This document shows, one piece after another, positions 24,800 to 38,190 of a stretch of 64,000 nt of DNA. A program made the translations under genes and the position numbers. Source of the stretch: Ginglymostoma cirratum (lineage: Eukaryota); assembly GCA_024137785.1 (NCBI GenBank), contig JAHRHZ010000111.1:27226991-27290990 (forward strand), written 5' to 3'. Within the stretch, counting starts at the first letter, position 1. The number at the start of each line of letters is the position of its first letter. The notes under the pieces were generated by a model. That model was given only the letters and a program-made list of their open reading frames with translations. It was not told where the DNA came from and ran no database searches.

Positions 24800-27447
24800 G
24801 CTGATTCTACATTGCAAATGAAGGTGTTCTTTTGCGGGTATTTCTATATCAACCCCAAATAAATTTAGCTGAAGAACCCAGAAAATTTATGATCACACTC
24901 CAACTTATCAAGTTTTTGCAAAAACCAGAGCTTTTTCTGATGTGGCAGTAGGTTAAAAAGGGGTAAAAAGGAGTATGGTGTAAATGGTGTAAAACACAAT
25001 GAGTGGGATCTTTCATCAGAATTGGACTATAGAGCTAGAGGTGAACTGAGGATGGCTGGAATTTGCTTGCAGCTTCTCCCACTCTGCTGCTGTAACTTCA
25101 CTGGACGACCGTTGGAAACCTTCATTTACATCATTGTTTCTCATACATAGCTTTGTGCTACTGGAGTGAATATGGGAAAACTGGCCAGAGAAATTAGCAT
25201 GTCCAGTCAATAATGGTTAATTATCTCTTACATATCAGCAAAAAGTATTGAATTTTTTTCAAATTTCAAATTGTGGAAAGTAAATTTGAAAGTGTCATTT
25301 ATTATGTTCTCTTCCTTTTCAATAACATTTTATACTAAAATTATTCTTGTAACATTAAAGAACCTAAAACCAGGCTAATTGAGTTAAACTGCTACAAGAA
25401 ATCCAGGGCAAAGCTTTCCCTGTGCACTGTAATTAAGGTGCTTATACTTTCTTTACACATGTCAGACAGAGGAAATCTTTGTCCAAATACCATTTTTCTA
25501 AAAGAAAAGATATGAAGACAGGTTCTGGTCTAGTTTTACAGAATATATTAAACATGTCGCTGTATCAGTTTCTGCTAGGAAAAACATAAACAATCTTGAC
25601 ATGTAAGAATGAACTTTATTATGAGTGACAGTCTAGTGTTTTTCACAGCAGGTCTTTGATCTAACTCTATTTCATGGTGTGTCGATTCCACACACATTAT
25701 TTTCGCTTTCAGTTGGAGAAAGCTGAGTTTTTGATAGATCTGATATTTACTGTCAGAGGTGTGTATATCATGTGGACCTTTGTGTTGAATAGGAGCAGAT
25801 TGATAATTACCATCAAAATGGAGAAACAATAGCTGCAAGTGATGAGTGACTTGCCTGGAAAGCAAAGCTCACCAGAATTAATGCTATGGTCTCTTTCCTA
25901 GGAAAATGTCAGTGGACATATGGCAGGAAGTAAACTTAATATCATACATATGTTGGCTATCTTCCATTATCTAGCCTGAGTTAGGCAGGTGACTCAACTG
26001 CTTTGGGGGCCAGTGGTAAAGGGTAGCAAGGTGCAAAATGGACAGTAAAGTGCATAGATTTTTAGTCCTGTTCCACCCCATTTCTACCCAGCAAACAAGA
26101 GGTAAAAATTCCATCTTACCTTTCAATTATTTAGCCAATTCTATTTGGTTAAGATAACATATGGAATATGTTTCCATCTGGCACTTAGCAGACTGTCTCT
26201 AATAGATGACCTAATAACCATTTCATTGGATCATTTTAACACTTTCTAAGGGGTTATACAAATGTATAAATGTGATATTCAAGCAATTTCTCCTAATCTC
26301 TGCATTTGGCCGTGATTTTAATGGTAAGCACTCTCATTACAGATTCACTGAGCAGTAGAAATATTGGCCATCCCTGGAGCACAACCATTTTGCTGATGTC
26401 AAGAAACCTTCCAATTTCATTAGAATACATCAAAAATTAAAATGGACATAAATTGGCATAAATCAATGTAACCTATCTGTGCAAAAGGAGACGCTGATTC
26501 CACGTCAGCATATTTCTTCTTTGTGCCTCAAAATTTATCATTCATATGATTTAACCCCTATTAATGCACATAAATGATTCAGGAACTTGCAACCAGTGAA
26601 CCTTTTCAATTTTACATGTGATTTATATCATAAAGTGCATTAAAATAAAATTTTAAAAATGCAGAGCAGATCTTAGTGAGGATAATTCTTTTTAAAAAAG
26701 ACTTGAAAAAACTGCAATTAAAGACCACCCGAGAAATGACATTTTAAAAATCTGGTTGAGAGATTCAGGACAGACGAATACAATCACAGAGCCCTTGTAT
26801 TTACAGGTGAGGGTAACTGCCAGTTTTGAGGGTGGAGATTTGCTCAGCTGGAAGGATTGACGAATCAGATATTTTAAAAAGTTATGGAGGTTTGGACATA
26901 TTGCAATTATGAATGAAACTCAAATATGCTTCCGATTGTATCATTAGGCTTTTAATTAAAAAATTAAAAGATTTCAGAAGTTAGATGCCGATCTGAGGGC
27001 ATATGCAAGCAAAAGGCTTGGTCATTATTTTCTTACTCAGTTGTAAAAACCGTTAATTATTTATTTTGAATGACTTCTTAATTTTCTCTCTTGTTATGAA
27101 TAAACTGTTACTCCTCAAAGCTAAAGGGTATCACATGAGGCACTTTCTACTGTACACTCGCCATGATCTTGAAATGCTTACTGCTGCAAAAATCTCAGAA
27201 AGTGGGCAAATTCTCTGACTGCAGTCTGTGACCATTGCAGTGAAAATGAACATGACATTCAACTTTCATAATTTGACCTTAGTGCTTGAGACTTTCATGG
27301 ACTAAAGCTGGATTTCAAAAGGACTTACACATGGCAGTGATCACCTGTGAAGCACAGGAATCCCAAATGGAATGTAAAAAAAATGGCTGCATCAGAATTA
27401 TTATTATAATCAAGGAGCACTGAAACTCAGTGGGGTATCAAGAAATT

Positions 27448-28127
27448 TGTGACTCTTGTTTTACTCACATACCTGCATGCTCAATTCAAATATTAAGAGA
27501 TGAAAGGTCACTTGCGGAGTGATCAGATTTGAAAAACAAAATGGAGCTAGTCTTCGAATATATAAACAAGCCTCATTTCGGTGATTTTACTTTGAGCAAC
27601 AAAACAGAGAGAAAACGACATGATCTGACAACAGCAAGGAGACTGTCTCTTCCTCTCTCAATCACAGAAACCAACGTTAGTGAAAAAGCAATTCGGGGGG
27701 AGAAAAACGCACTTCACCAAAAAAAAACGTTATCTGCAAGTTCCACCCTCTTCTGAGGAGAAAGGACAACAGTTGGACTGTTGAAACTCAGGTTTCATTC
27801 TTACAATCCAAGGGCTCTAAAATTTTAAACTGCAACTTTCTGTCCCTTCATGTCTGCATCAATACCCTCCTCCCCCTCTCCTTTTAACGCATCACCTATA
27901 TTGTGTGTATGTTAGATGTTGGGCTTTCTTATTTCGGTTGCGATCAATAGGTAATAAAACTCTATTCTCTTTCAATCAAGAAGAAGTTTGAATTGGCTCC
28001 ATACTTGTGCGTTCTGGTTAATTAAGTTTTAATTGAAGTGTGATAGCCGCATGTTAATAAAGTAAATTGAACTTTGCGCAACTGACCGAGAGGGGAGCCA
28101 CTCGCTTCTCCTCACCTGCTTGTCACA
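27448..28127 (+). mobile_element. Probable solo LTR
   Basis: TGTGAC...GTCACA inverted termini, internal AATAAA, about 680 bp; TSD not clean. Confidence 0.5.
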
Positions 28128-30010
28128 ATAAATTTGCATTACCGAACATTTCAGATTTGGTTATGTATTGTTTTCTTCTGTTTGTCAAACAGAATTCATG
28201 TCCTAATCTTCAGCAACTGTAAGAACTTAGTTGCCCTTTTTTAATGGTTTAAATTGAGCTTTTAAAGTCTTCTGCTCTATCACTCTTCAGCAAGATCAGG
28301 ATCACAATTTCTTTCCATTCATCTTATGTTCATTTTTCCTCATTTGTGTGCATTCATTCAATCAATCCTATTTGATTTTTTATGGTGTTCTGTTTCTTTT
28401 GTGTTTGGGTCATTTGTAATTGCTCTGATTTATTTGTGGGGAATATGTTTGTTTTCCTGGAAGTCTGTGCCTGGTGTTATCCATACAAGTTGCTTATTTC
28501 CTAGTTATCTCATGGATCTTTCCAACTGAAGATGACTATTCAGAGATTGCTTGTTTCCATTACAGCCTCAGGAGTAAGTTACCTGAGTCCTTTATTATGT
28601 TATGGTCTGTTGGCTGTCTTGTACTCAGAGCATTAAGTTCCTTTGTTGTCTAGAGGGGGTAGAGCTGATTTGTACTGGATATCCATTTCTACAACTGTTC
28701 CTGGCGAGTTTTCAAATTCTCTGTTGACTCTTTGATGGTCTTTCCTTATTAAACCACGTGAATGAGTTGACTTGAGTCAGTGTCTAAACAAATGCCCTGC
28801 AAATGCTTCTGGTTTGATAAATCGTCATCGTCTGGTAACACATCTTTAAAGCCAACAAAATATTTTTCAAAATAAATTTCCTGTATTTAATTGTAAGTTC
28901 TGCATATTATTATCACAATCATTAGATGGTCCATAATTCACTGCAACAGTGCAGAAATCTGTTTCTGTACAGCGCAGGAGCAACTGCAACAAGTCATCAA
29001 TGCCATTTTTGGCATCTTAATTAGAAGATGGGTTTGAATGTCCTCTGTATCGGAGTGAAACCCTTTTATTATCCCTTCATGCAAAGACCTTCTTTACTCT
29101 GATATTAGCTAAACATCTTTTCATTCATATTGTCTGCAGGTTTTTTGAATCATCAACTCCTGAATATTGCAGTGTTTTGTGCAAATGCCTCTGTTGTAAA
29201 TTTTCTGATTGCACCATTTGAGTCAATGGTTGATTAAATGTCATCAATGTTAACAGGAAACCACAAAACCTAACTATGAATGTGAGCAGTTTCTGTTCTA
29301 GTCCTGCTGCTTAATACAATCAGGTCATGATTAACAGGTGCCTGGACTCTAAGACAATAATAATTTCCACAGATACAGATGACACCATAACAGTACACCC
29401 TGAGAGGTAATAATGAATTACTAATGAAATCACTCCCAGTTATTAACGCTTGTTTTAGAATATAATATATATGTGTATGATCGTCACCTATCCTGATATC
29501 GTAACCTGTTATTTTTCTCCTGTCAGTGAACATTGCAGTTATTCATTGACACTCAGTTACTGATGTGCAATTACATGTTCACAAATTGAGTATAATACGA
29601 TCACCTAAGATCTTTCTTTAGTAGCTACTGGGAAGTAACATAACAATTCCATTTGATACACCACCAAATACAGGACACTGTTAGGTTTGGGGATTGATAG
29701 TTTGGGATTAAGGTCAGGTGGAATATGCTATTTGTGAAATACATCAGTACCTGAGGCCAATGCCAAGTGAGGCCTAAACTCTTAGAAATCCAGTTAAACC
29801 TCAGCTGTCTAAAAGCGTAAGTTGAAGGACTTGCCCTGTGTTTCATAAATATACCAGTGCCTCTTATATGAGACAGTCTGCAGACAGCTGAGTGCATTAG
29901 GAGTTGGAGTACATAGGAGTTGGCGATAAATAAAAAAGCAGACACGAGTTATTCCTCAGAAAGGGGAGTAAGCTGTTGTGGTGTGGTATTGCAGTCATTG
30001 CCTGGAAGTA

Positions 30011-30435
30011 TTATTCATTCATTGATGGTCTCTCGCAGACATGAATGGCACTTTTCCTCTCTCTGGGTGAGTCTGTAGTTGCTGTACAGGCTGATGCGGA
30101 CACCACAGCTCTGTTACACTTGAGGCAGACGGAGGTCATGGGGAGGGGTGGGTGGGACGTTGGTGTGGTGGCGAGCTCCTTTCGCTGTTTTCGCCTGGCT
30201 TCGATTTTTCTCCCCCCCAACAACAAGTATCAAGGTGCTTGACGCATTCCCGGATGTTCCTGCTCCACTTTGGACGGTCTTGGTTAGTGATTCTAGCCAA
30301 GGTGTCTGTGGGAATGTTACACTTCACTGGTGAGGCCTTGGGTGTATCACTGAAGCGCTTCCTCTCTCCCCCTGCGGCTCACCTGCAGTTTCAGTGCTGA
30401 GGGTAGAGCACCTGCCTGAGGAGCCTTGTGTTGGT
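30011..30435 (-). mobile_element. RTE-clade LINE 3' end
   Basis: Peptides GGERKRFSDTPK and KCNIPTD..QDRPKWSRNIRE; tail (aatg)n. Confidence 0.75.
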
Positions 30436-30844
30436 TTCCCAGGAGGTTTACCAGCAAGCGTAAGCTTATAAGCACATTACAATCTTACAACGATGCTATG
30501 GTCCACTTCATCGGCGCTTCATGGCCATTAAACCAGCAGAATTATGGGAATAAACTATCAGAGGTCACTACAGTTTTTGTTGCCAGGTGATAGCAAATCA
30601 GCAGCTATTTGCTCTCGGCCCAATTCTTATTTCCAATGAATTTAATGTAAAAGCTGTAAAACCAGACACTCATTCACTGTCCCCTGTTTTCCACCCAGCA
30701 ATATAAGTTTAAAAAGTCTCTTGTAGTGACAAACAGAATCGGATTGAAGAGCTCTCATTACACAACCTAACATTCTCAAATTAACAAATACCGTGCAGTT
30801 ATTCTGCTCATGGCATTGGTCTCAGATGTCTCCTTTGTTCTCTG

Positions 30845-31420
30845 CATGGCCTATTGTGGTACCAAGAACAGAGCCATAAAACCCCAGGTTCAATTCCTTC
30901 TTTGTGCTGAGTTAATTAATCTCAACCAGAGTGGCAGCAAGAATTCTGTAATTGGCCTCATTGCTTCAAACTAGGCTGGGGCGAAGCAGCCAGTATGTCT
31001 GCGCCTGGTCTCTATAGGTCTCTGCTACACCACTTTCCTCCTTCGAGATACTCCTTCAAGCCTGCTTCTTTGGATGAATTATTGGCCACCTATCTTAATC
31101 CAGTGCCACTTTAAGTAGCTCAGTGTCACATTTTGTTTGATAACACTCCTGTGAAGAGCCTTGTGATGTTTTCAATGTTGATGTGGTTACTGCCTTAGTT
31201 ACGACTCCTAAAGTGCATTATATTAGGTAAGGAGAACATAAGGCAGGCTCTGCTGACCTCCACAATCAGCTTGTTCACCAAAACACACAGTGTTGGCTTG
31301 TACATGAAGAATAGTTACTTGGGCAGGATGGTAGAAAGTGTTTAGAACCTGACCAACAGTGCTCCAGTTGGAGTCAATTCTATCCGATGAGATGGAAGGA
31401 AGGGGGGCAAATTGGCAATA
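30845..31420 (+). mobile_element. Ancient tRNA-type SINE split by an L2 3' end (31025-31185); relatives at 57930-58160 and 59830-60100
   Basis: caggttcaattcc B-box-like motif then tgtgctgagttaattaatctca; L2 tail ttttgtttgataacactcctgtgaagagccttg. Confidence 0.5.
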
Positions 31421-32169
31421 GGAACGTGCATTGGATTCCATTGGATGATTTCAAATCTGAGTCTTTGCATTTACTGGAGTGGGTGAGAAGTTTAAATGCA
31501 GGGAAATTTCTATACCTGATCCAGGGGATCCAAAACCTTATTCTTACTCAACTTTTGTATATACTTGGCATTTCTATCCCCAGGGTCATTGATTCCCGGA
31601 GAGGCCCAGTGCTGGTTACTGAGGTCCCATAGAAACACTTAACACATACAGATTCACCCAGCCAGGGCAAAGCAAGTCCCTCACCATTTCCCCTGGTGGC
31701 AGGCAAGATCCTGACACCTCCATAAAATCTAGCTGCAAGAGTAGAAACTCTGTTGAATTCTAGAAGAGCTCAGTCCAGTGGGTGCTGCCCTGACAAACAT
31801 TGGAGATTCAGCACAACTTGAGAGGTGAAAATTCCCCAGTTACACATGGCCATAAGTAATTGCAGCATTGAACATCGTCATGAATAATTGCAGCATTGAA
31901 AACAATGGGGGGATGTTTTCCCAGTCTCCTGGAGATGGTTTGGAGGTGACGAGTTGGGAAAACTTAAGAAAAAAACTAAATGCGTTTCCAGCCCACTCAC
32001 CCAATGTCTTCACCCACTTTCCCAGGGATGGTCTGTGTTCAGTGCAGCCAATTAATCAACAGGGCAATCAATCTGTTGACACTGACAGCCTAAACAGCTT
32101 AGCCACCTATACAGTCAATTGACTTTCAATTACCAGGGGTCCCCTAGGTTCTGGGGAAGAGGACTTTCT

Positions 32170-33340
32170 TTTCATTCACCCACAGTACGTGGGCATCAGT
32201 AGCTGAGCCAGCATTTATCTCCCAACCCTAGTTGCCTTTCAGAAGGCAACAGTGAGCTGCCTTCTTGAACCCTGTTGTCCATTTTGTTTCAGGAGACCTA
32301 TAATGCCATTCGAGCACAATTTCAGCAACACTGAGAGAACGATATGTTTCCAGGTTAGGCTGATAAGTGGCTCAGCAGGGAACAAGTAGATGGTGTAGTT
32401 GCCATGCATCTGCTGCCCTTTTAGATGGAAGTGGTTGTGGTTTGGAAGGTGCTGTCTAAGGAATCTTGGTGCATTTCTGCAATGCTTCTTGAAGACGGTA
32501 CACACTACTGAGCATTGGTATTGGAGGGACTGACTGTTTGTGGATATGGTGCCAAAGGATGATGTCAAGATTCTCGAGTGTTCTTGGAGCTGCATTCATC
32601 CAAGCAAGCGAGGAGTGTTCCTCACACTCCTAATCTGTGCCTTGTATTTGGTGGACAGGATTTAGGGAGTCAAGAGGTGAGTTGCTTATTGCAGGATTCC
32701 TAGCCACTGACCTGCTTTTGTAGCCACAGTCCCTTTATGACATGTCCAGTTTAGTTTCTTGTCAATGATAACCCTCGGGCTGTTGGTAATGGGGGATTCG
32801 GTGATGATGATGATACCATTGAATGTCAAGCGTTGATAGCTAGATTCTGCCTTATTCAAAATGGTCAAGATTACCCAGCACTTGTGTGGCACAAATGTTT
32901 CTTGCCACTGGTCAGTACAAGACTAGGTATTGTCTTGGTCTTGCTGTATTTGGACATGGACTGGTCCAGTATCTGAGGAGTTGTGAATGGTGCTGAACAT
33001 TGGGCAAACATCTCCACTTCCAACCTTATGTCAGAGGGAACGTCATTGATGAAGCAGCTGAAGATCACAGGGCCAAGGACAGTGCACTGAGGAACTCATG
33101 CAGAGATGTCATGGAGTTGAGATGACAGAGCACATCCATCTTCCAATGTGCCAGGTATGACTCCAGCCAGTGGACAGTTTCGCCCTGATTCCCATTGACT
33201 CCAGTTTGGCTAAGGTTAATCTTGATATCACATTCGGTCAAATGCAGCCTTGACACCAATAACAATCACTCTCACCTCACCTCAAGAATTCAGCTGTTTG
33301 TCTCTCTTTGAAGTAAAATTGTAATAAGGTCAGGAACCGT
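32170..33340 (-). mobile_element. 5'-truncated copy of the CR1/L2-group LINE
   Basis: Collinear with 12730-13890; peptide VIIDKKLNWTCHKGTVATKAGQWLGIL. Confidence 0.8.
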
Positions 33341-33608
33341 GTTGGTGTTAGTTTATAACTATACTTAACCAGCTTGGCCAAGGATACCGTTAGTTCAACA
33401 GCAGAAGTCTTTGGTACATTTTCCGGAAAGTTTTGAATAAATCCTACTGTCTGTGAACTTAAAGGTGAATATTATTGCTGAACAACTTAAGGCGCACACT
33501 GTCCTCAATCTTCTAAGTGCATTGACTTAACAACTTTACTAAAGATTGCTGTTCATTTTGATGGCTTCTCCCAGTTGGATCCTGATTTCTGCTCCCTTTA
33601 TAAATCAT

Positions 33609-34941
33609 AGACAACAGGAACTGCAGATGCTGGAGAATCCGAGATAACAATGTATAGAGCTGGATGAACACAGCAGGCCAAGCAGCATCATAGGAGCAGG
33701 AAACCTTGACGTTTCAGGCCTAGACCCTTCATCAGAAATGGGGGAGGGGAAGAGGGTTCTGAAATAAATAGGGAGAGAGGGGGAGGTGGATAGAAGATGG
33801 ATAGAGGAGAGGATAGGTGGAGAGGAGGCAGACAAGTCAAAGAGACATTGATGGAGCTAGTAAAGGTGAGTGTAGGTGGGGAGGTAGGGAGGAGATAGGT
33901 CAGTCCAGGGAGGACGGACAGGTCAAGGGGGTGGGATGAGGTTAGTAGGTAGGAGATGGGGGTGGGGCTTGAGGTGGGAGGAGGCGATAGGTGAGAGGAA
34001 GAACAGGTTAAGGAGGCGGGGACGAGCTGGGCTGGTTTTGGGATGAGGTAGGGGGAGGGGAGATTTTGAAGCTTGTGAAATCCACATTGATATCATTGGG
34101 CTGCAGGGTTCCCAGGCTGAATATGATTTGCTGTTCCTGCAGCCTTCGGGTGGCATCACTGTGGCATTGCAGGAGGCCCAGGATGGACATGTCGTCTGAG
34201 GAATGGGAGGGGGAGTTGAAATGGTTCGCAACTGGGAGGTGCAGTTGTTTATTGCGAACCGAGTGCAGGTGTCCTGCAAAGCGATCCCCAAGCCTCTGCC
34301 TGGTTTCCCCGATGTGGAGGAGGCCACAACAGGTACAGCGGATACAGTATACCACATTAGCAGATGTGCAGGTGAACATCTGCTTGATGTGGAAAGACTT
34401 CTTGGGGCCTGGAATGGGGATGAGGGGGGAGGTGTGGGGGCAGGTGTAGCACTTCCTGCGCAGTTGGGGACTGCTTTGCAGAACACCTGCAACACATTGG
34501 GTATCAATGTGGATTTCACAAGCTTCAAAATCTCCCCTCCCCCAACCGCATCCCAAAACCAGCCCAGCTCGTCCCTACCTCCCTAACCTGTTCTTCCTCT
34601 CACCTATCCCCTCCTCCCACCTCAAGCCCCACCCCCATCTCCTACCTACTAACCTCATCCCGCCCCCCTGACCTGTCCGTCCTCCCTGGACTGACCTATC
34701 TCCTCCCTACCTCCCCACCTACACTCACCTTTACTAGCTCCATCAACGTCTCTTTGACTTGTCTGTCTCCTCTCCACCTATCCTCTCCTCTATCCATCTT
34801 CTATCCACCTTCCCCTCTCTCCCTATTTATTTCAGAACCCTCTTCCCCTCCCCCATTTCTGATGAAGGGTCTAGGCCCGAAACGTCAAGATTTCCTGCAC
34901 CTATGGTGCTGCTTGGCCTGCTGTGTTCATCCAGCTCTACA
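33609..34941. mobile_element. Large young fold-back Penelope insertion (family A) with GIY-YIG region
   Basis: About 440-bp inverted arms; minus-strand TCTSANVVYCIRC..C.LLHIGETRQRLGDRFAGH; TSD ccctttataaatcat 33594-33608 / 34942-34956. Confidence 0.9.
34855..34890 (+). ncRNA. Minimal type I hammerhead ribozyme (family A)
   Basis: attt-CTGATGA-a-GGGT-ctag-GCCC-GAAA-cGTC-aag; mirror copy on the minus strand at about 33705-33740. Confidence 0.75.
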
Positions 34942-36199
34942 CCCTTTATAAATCATTCCTGTTTTTAACTATTGCTTCACTTATGGATCTCCCATTCATT
35001 TTCATCCACAGTTGTCTCTCCACTTTCCTCTCTTCTCAGATTCTTGTCTGCTTTGACTTCTACATTGCATCTTTATCTCATTAATTTTAGCTTCAGATGA
35101 GTTCTGGTGCTATAACCTTAGTTTGAATTATTTCTCTGGCCACGGATTTCCCTTACTGTAGCCATGCTTTGTGGTGTTTGCTTGAAATGGCAGCAACCCT
35201 TGCTCTAAGCTGCATGTACTTTCTTTAATTCTAGCATCCTCAGCCTGGGACTGTGCTGTTCGTGTTTTTTTTAAAGATTTCCCCTTGCCCTCCAAGAATT
35301 TCAAAATTTCTCATGGAGCCTGCAACATCCATTTGCTTTTTGTACATCTGGATCTCTAATGAGAGAGTTCTCCAGTTCATTGGTACTTGGTGCCACCTGT
35401 AACTGCCAGGAATGACCAGTGCACCAGCTCCATGTAGCTTCTAGCTCACACTTTTTTCTGCATTTTAACTTACTGAGATACTTTTTGTCTTGAGTGTAGA
35501 TTCTGCCTTAAAGAATATTGCTAGAGTATGCCCACTGCAGGCTGCTTGATTGTTCAGTCCCCTCTGCTGCTGACTGTCTGCCAGAATCATCCTTAAAGCT
35601 GTTACTGGAAATTACCTCTAGGTTCACTTCCAATCATTCTGTACAGAGAAATCAAATTCTAATCCTTACCCCTCCCTACCTTGTTGTACAGACATATGAT
35701 GCCAGCTTAAGGTGGGGAATACAGCTACTGCCATTCCCTTTCCTGATGGGGTCATCAGGGCCTCCTTGACCTAAAGATGTAGCGGAAAACCAAAGTATAA
35801 TCTCATGAGAAGAAGATCTTGTCTTAAATAAGATGTAGTCTATTGCATGATAGCAATCAGTGCAAGTTACATTAGTAAGACGTATGTACTTATGAAGGTG
35901 ATGAGGAGACAAGACTGTGAGTCTGTCTTCCTTAAGATCCAGAGTTGACCTGCCCTTCCCCATCCAAGTCATTATAGCATCATCAGATTGGATGCAGCTT
36001 AAAACAGCCTTCGACATTAGCCCTTTCAGGACCATTACCTTATGCAATGCAAAGTTTGCAATTCTCTGCAATAGCCTTGGATGTATTCTCAGCTTCCAAA
36101 TCTGCGTTAATCTTTTCTTTGCTTCATTGTTTGAAAACCCATCATCAGTTTCCACCCTGGGCTAAGTACTAAGTGACCCTACATCAAAATCATGAATGG

Positions 36200-36475
36200 C
36201 ATTTTCTGTGCGTGTGATATGGTACACTATCCTTTCTCATCTTCCACAACCTTTCTGCCTTTTCATTCTTCACAACATCTATCTTCTGTTATTCGACTCC
36301 AGTGGAACTAAGCTCACTTGGTTCTTATTTGAATGGAGTGCAGATCCATGGCTTCTCTTGTCAAAATTGCACCATTGCTTTCACATATCCACCAAAATCT
36401 ACACTGAGCGACCTCCTCTTCCTTATCCACCAGCTACCTGTCAACAGCTTTGACATGAAGTCAACTTCTACATGT
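36200..36475 (+). mobile_element. Highly degraded L2 RT fragment
   Basis: SGTKLTWF and STLSDLLFLI resemble the L2 RT motifs SGTALAWF and SILGPLLFLI. Confidence 0.45.
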
Positions 36476-36624
36476 TTTTTCCACTTTTTCCCAGAAAGAA
36501 AATGAGCTGCCAAAGTTGAATGCTTATAAATTTACTTCAACAATACGTTTTTCAGTGTCAGCTCTGAAGGAGAATCACGTTAGACTTGAAATGTCAATTG
36601 TTCCTCACATAAAAAGAAATAAAT

Positions 36625-38190
36625 CTCTGGGATTGATCAAGTGTATTCCAGGACAATGTAGGAAGCTGGCGAAGAAATTGTGGGGCCTGTGCAGAGATAT
36701 TTGAATCATTGACAGCCATAAATGAGGTCCTGGAAGACCAGGGGATAGCTAATGTCATGCCATTATTTCAGAAAGGCTGCAAGGAAAAGCCAGGGAAATA
36801 CAGACTGGTGAGCCTAACATCAATAGTGGGTGAGTTGTTGGAAGAAATTCTGAGAGACAGAATTTGCATACAAATGGAAAGACAAGGACTGATTCAGGAT
36901 TGTCAGCATGGCTTTGTGCATGGGAAATCGTGTCTCTCAAATTCGATTAAGTTTTTGTGAAGAGGTGAGCAAGAAGATGGATGAAGGCAGAGCGGTAGCT
37001 GTCATCCACATGGACTTTAGCAACGCCTTCAATAAGGTTCCATATGGTAGACTGGTTGGTAAAGTTAGATCATGTGGGATCCAGGGAGAGCTAGTCAATT
37101 GGATACAAAATTGGCTTGACGGTAGGAGACAGAGGGTGCTGGTAGATGGTTGTTGTTCAGCCTGGAGATCTGTGACCAGCAGAGTGCTACAGGGATTAGT
37201 GCTGGGTCCACTGTTGTTCATCATTTATCTAAACAATTTGGATGAGAATGTAGGAGGAAGGGTTAGTGAGCTTGTGGATGACACCAAAATTGATGGTATA
37301 GTGGACAATGAAGAGGATTATCTAAAAGTACAATGGGATCTTGATCAACTGGGCCAGTGGTGGGAGGAATGCCAGATGGAGTTTAATTCAGATAAATGCT
37401 ATGTGTTATATTTTGGTTAAAAAAAAACAGGGCAGCACTTAAACAGTTAATGGTTGGGCCCTGGGTAGTGTTGTCGAAAAGAGAGACCTTGGGGTGCAGG
37501 TACATAATTTCTTGAAAGTCACAGACAGACAGGGCAGTAAAGAAGGTATTTGGCATGCTTGCCTGCATTGAGAAGAACATTGAGTACAAGAATTGAGACA
37601 TCTTGTTACAGCAATACCAGACACTGGTAAGGCCACATTTGGAGTACTGCGTACAATTCTGTTCTCCCTGTTATAGGAAGAAGTTTAATGAACTGGAAAG
37701 GGTGAAAGAAGATTTACAAGTATGTTACCATGACTGGAAGTTTTGAGTTGTAAGGGGAGTCTGGATAAGCTGGGACATTTTCCCTTGGAGAGTAGGAGGC
37801 TGAGGGCGACCTTTTAAATGTTTATAAAATCATGAGGGGCATAGATAAGGTGAATAGCCAAAGTCTTTTCCCAGGGTAAGGGAGTCCAAAACTAGACAGC
37901 ATAGGTTTAAGGTGCGAGGGGAAAGATTTAAAATGGGCACGAGAGGCAACATTTGCACATAGAGGGTCGTGTGTACACAGAGCGATCTGCCAGAGAAAGT
38001 GGTAGAGGCGGGTAGAATTAGAACATTTAAAAGACATTTTGATAGGTACACGGGATAGGAAAGATTTAGAGAAGTATAGGCCAAACACAGGCAAACGGGA
38101 CGAGTTCTGTTTAAGAAACCTGGTCAGCATGGATGAGTTGGGCAGAAGGGCCTATTTCCTTGCTGTATGATTCATGATTCAATGACTCTG
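36625..38190 (+). mobile_element. CR1 LINE (RT domain to 3' tail), frameshifted
   Basis: Peptides PGKYRLVSLTS, QHGFVHGKSC, MDFSNAFNKVPY, QGLVLGPLLF, VDDTK; tail atgattc repeats. Confidence 0.9.

Noticed and set aside
35676-36155. 159-aa minus-strand ORF
   Set aside because: Non-ATG start, no recognisable motif, adjacent to decayed L2 sequence
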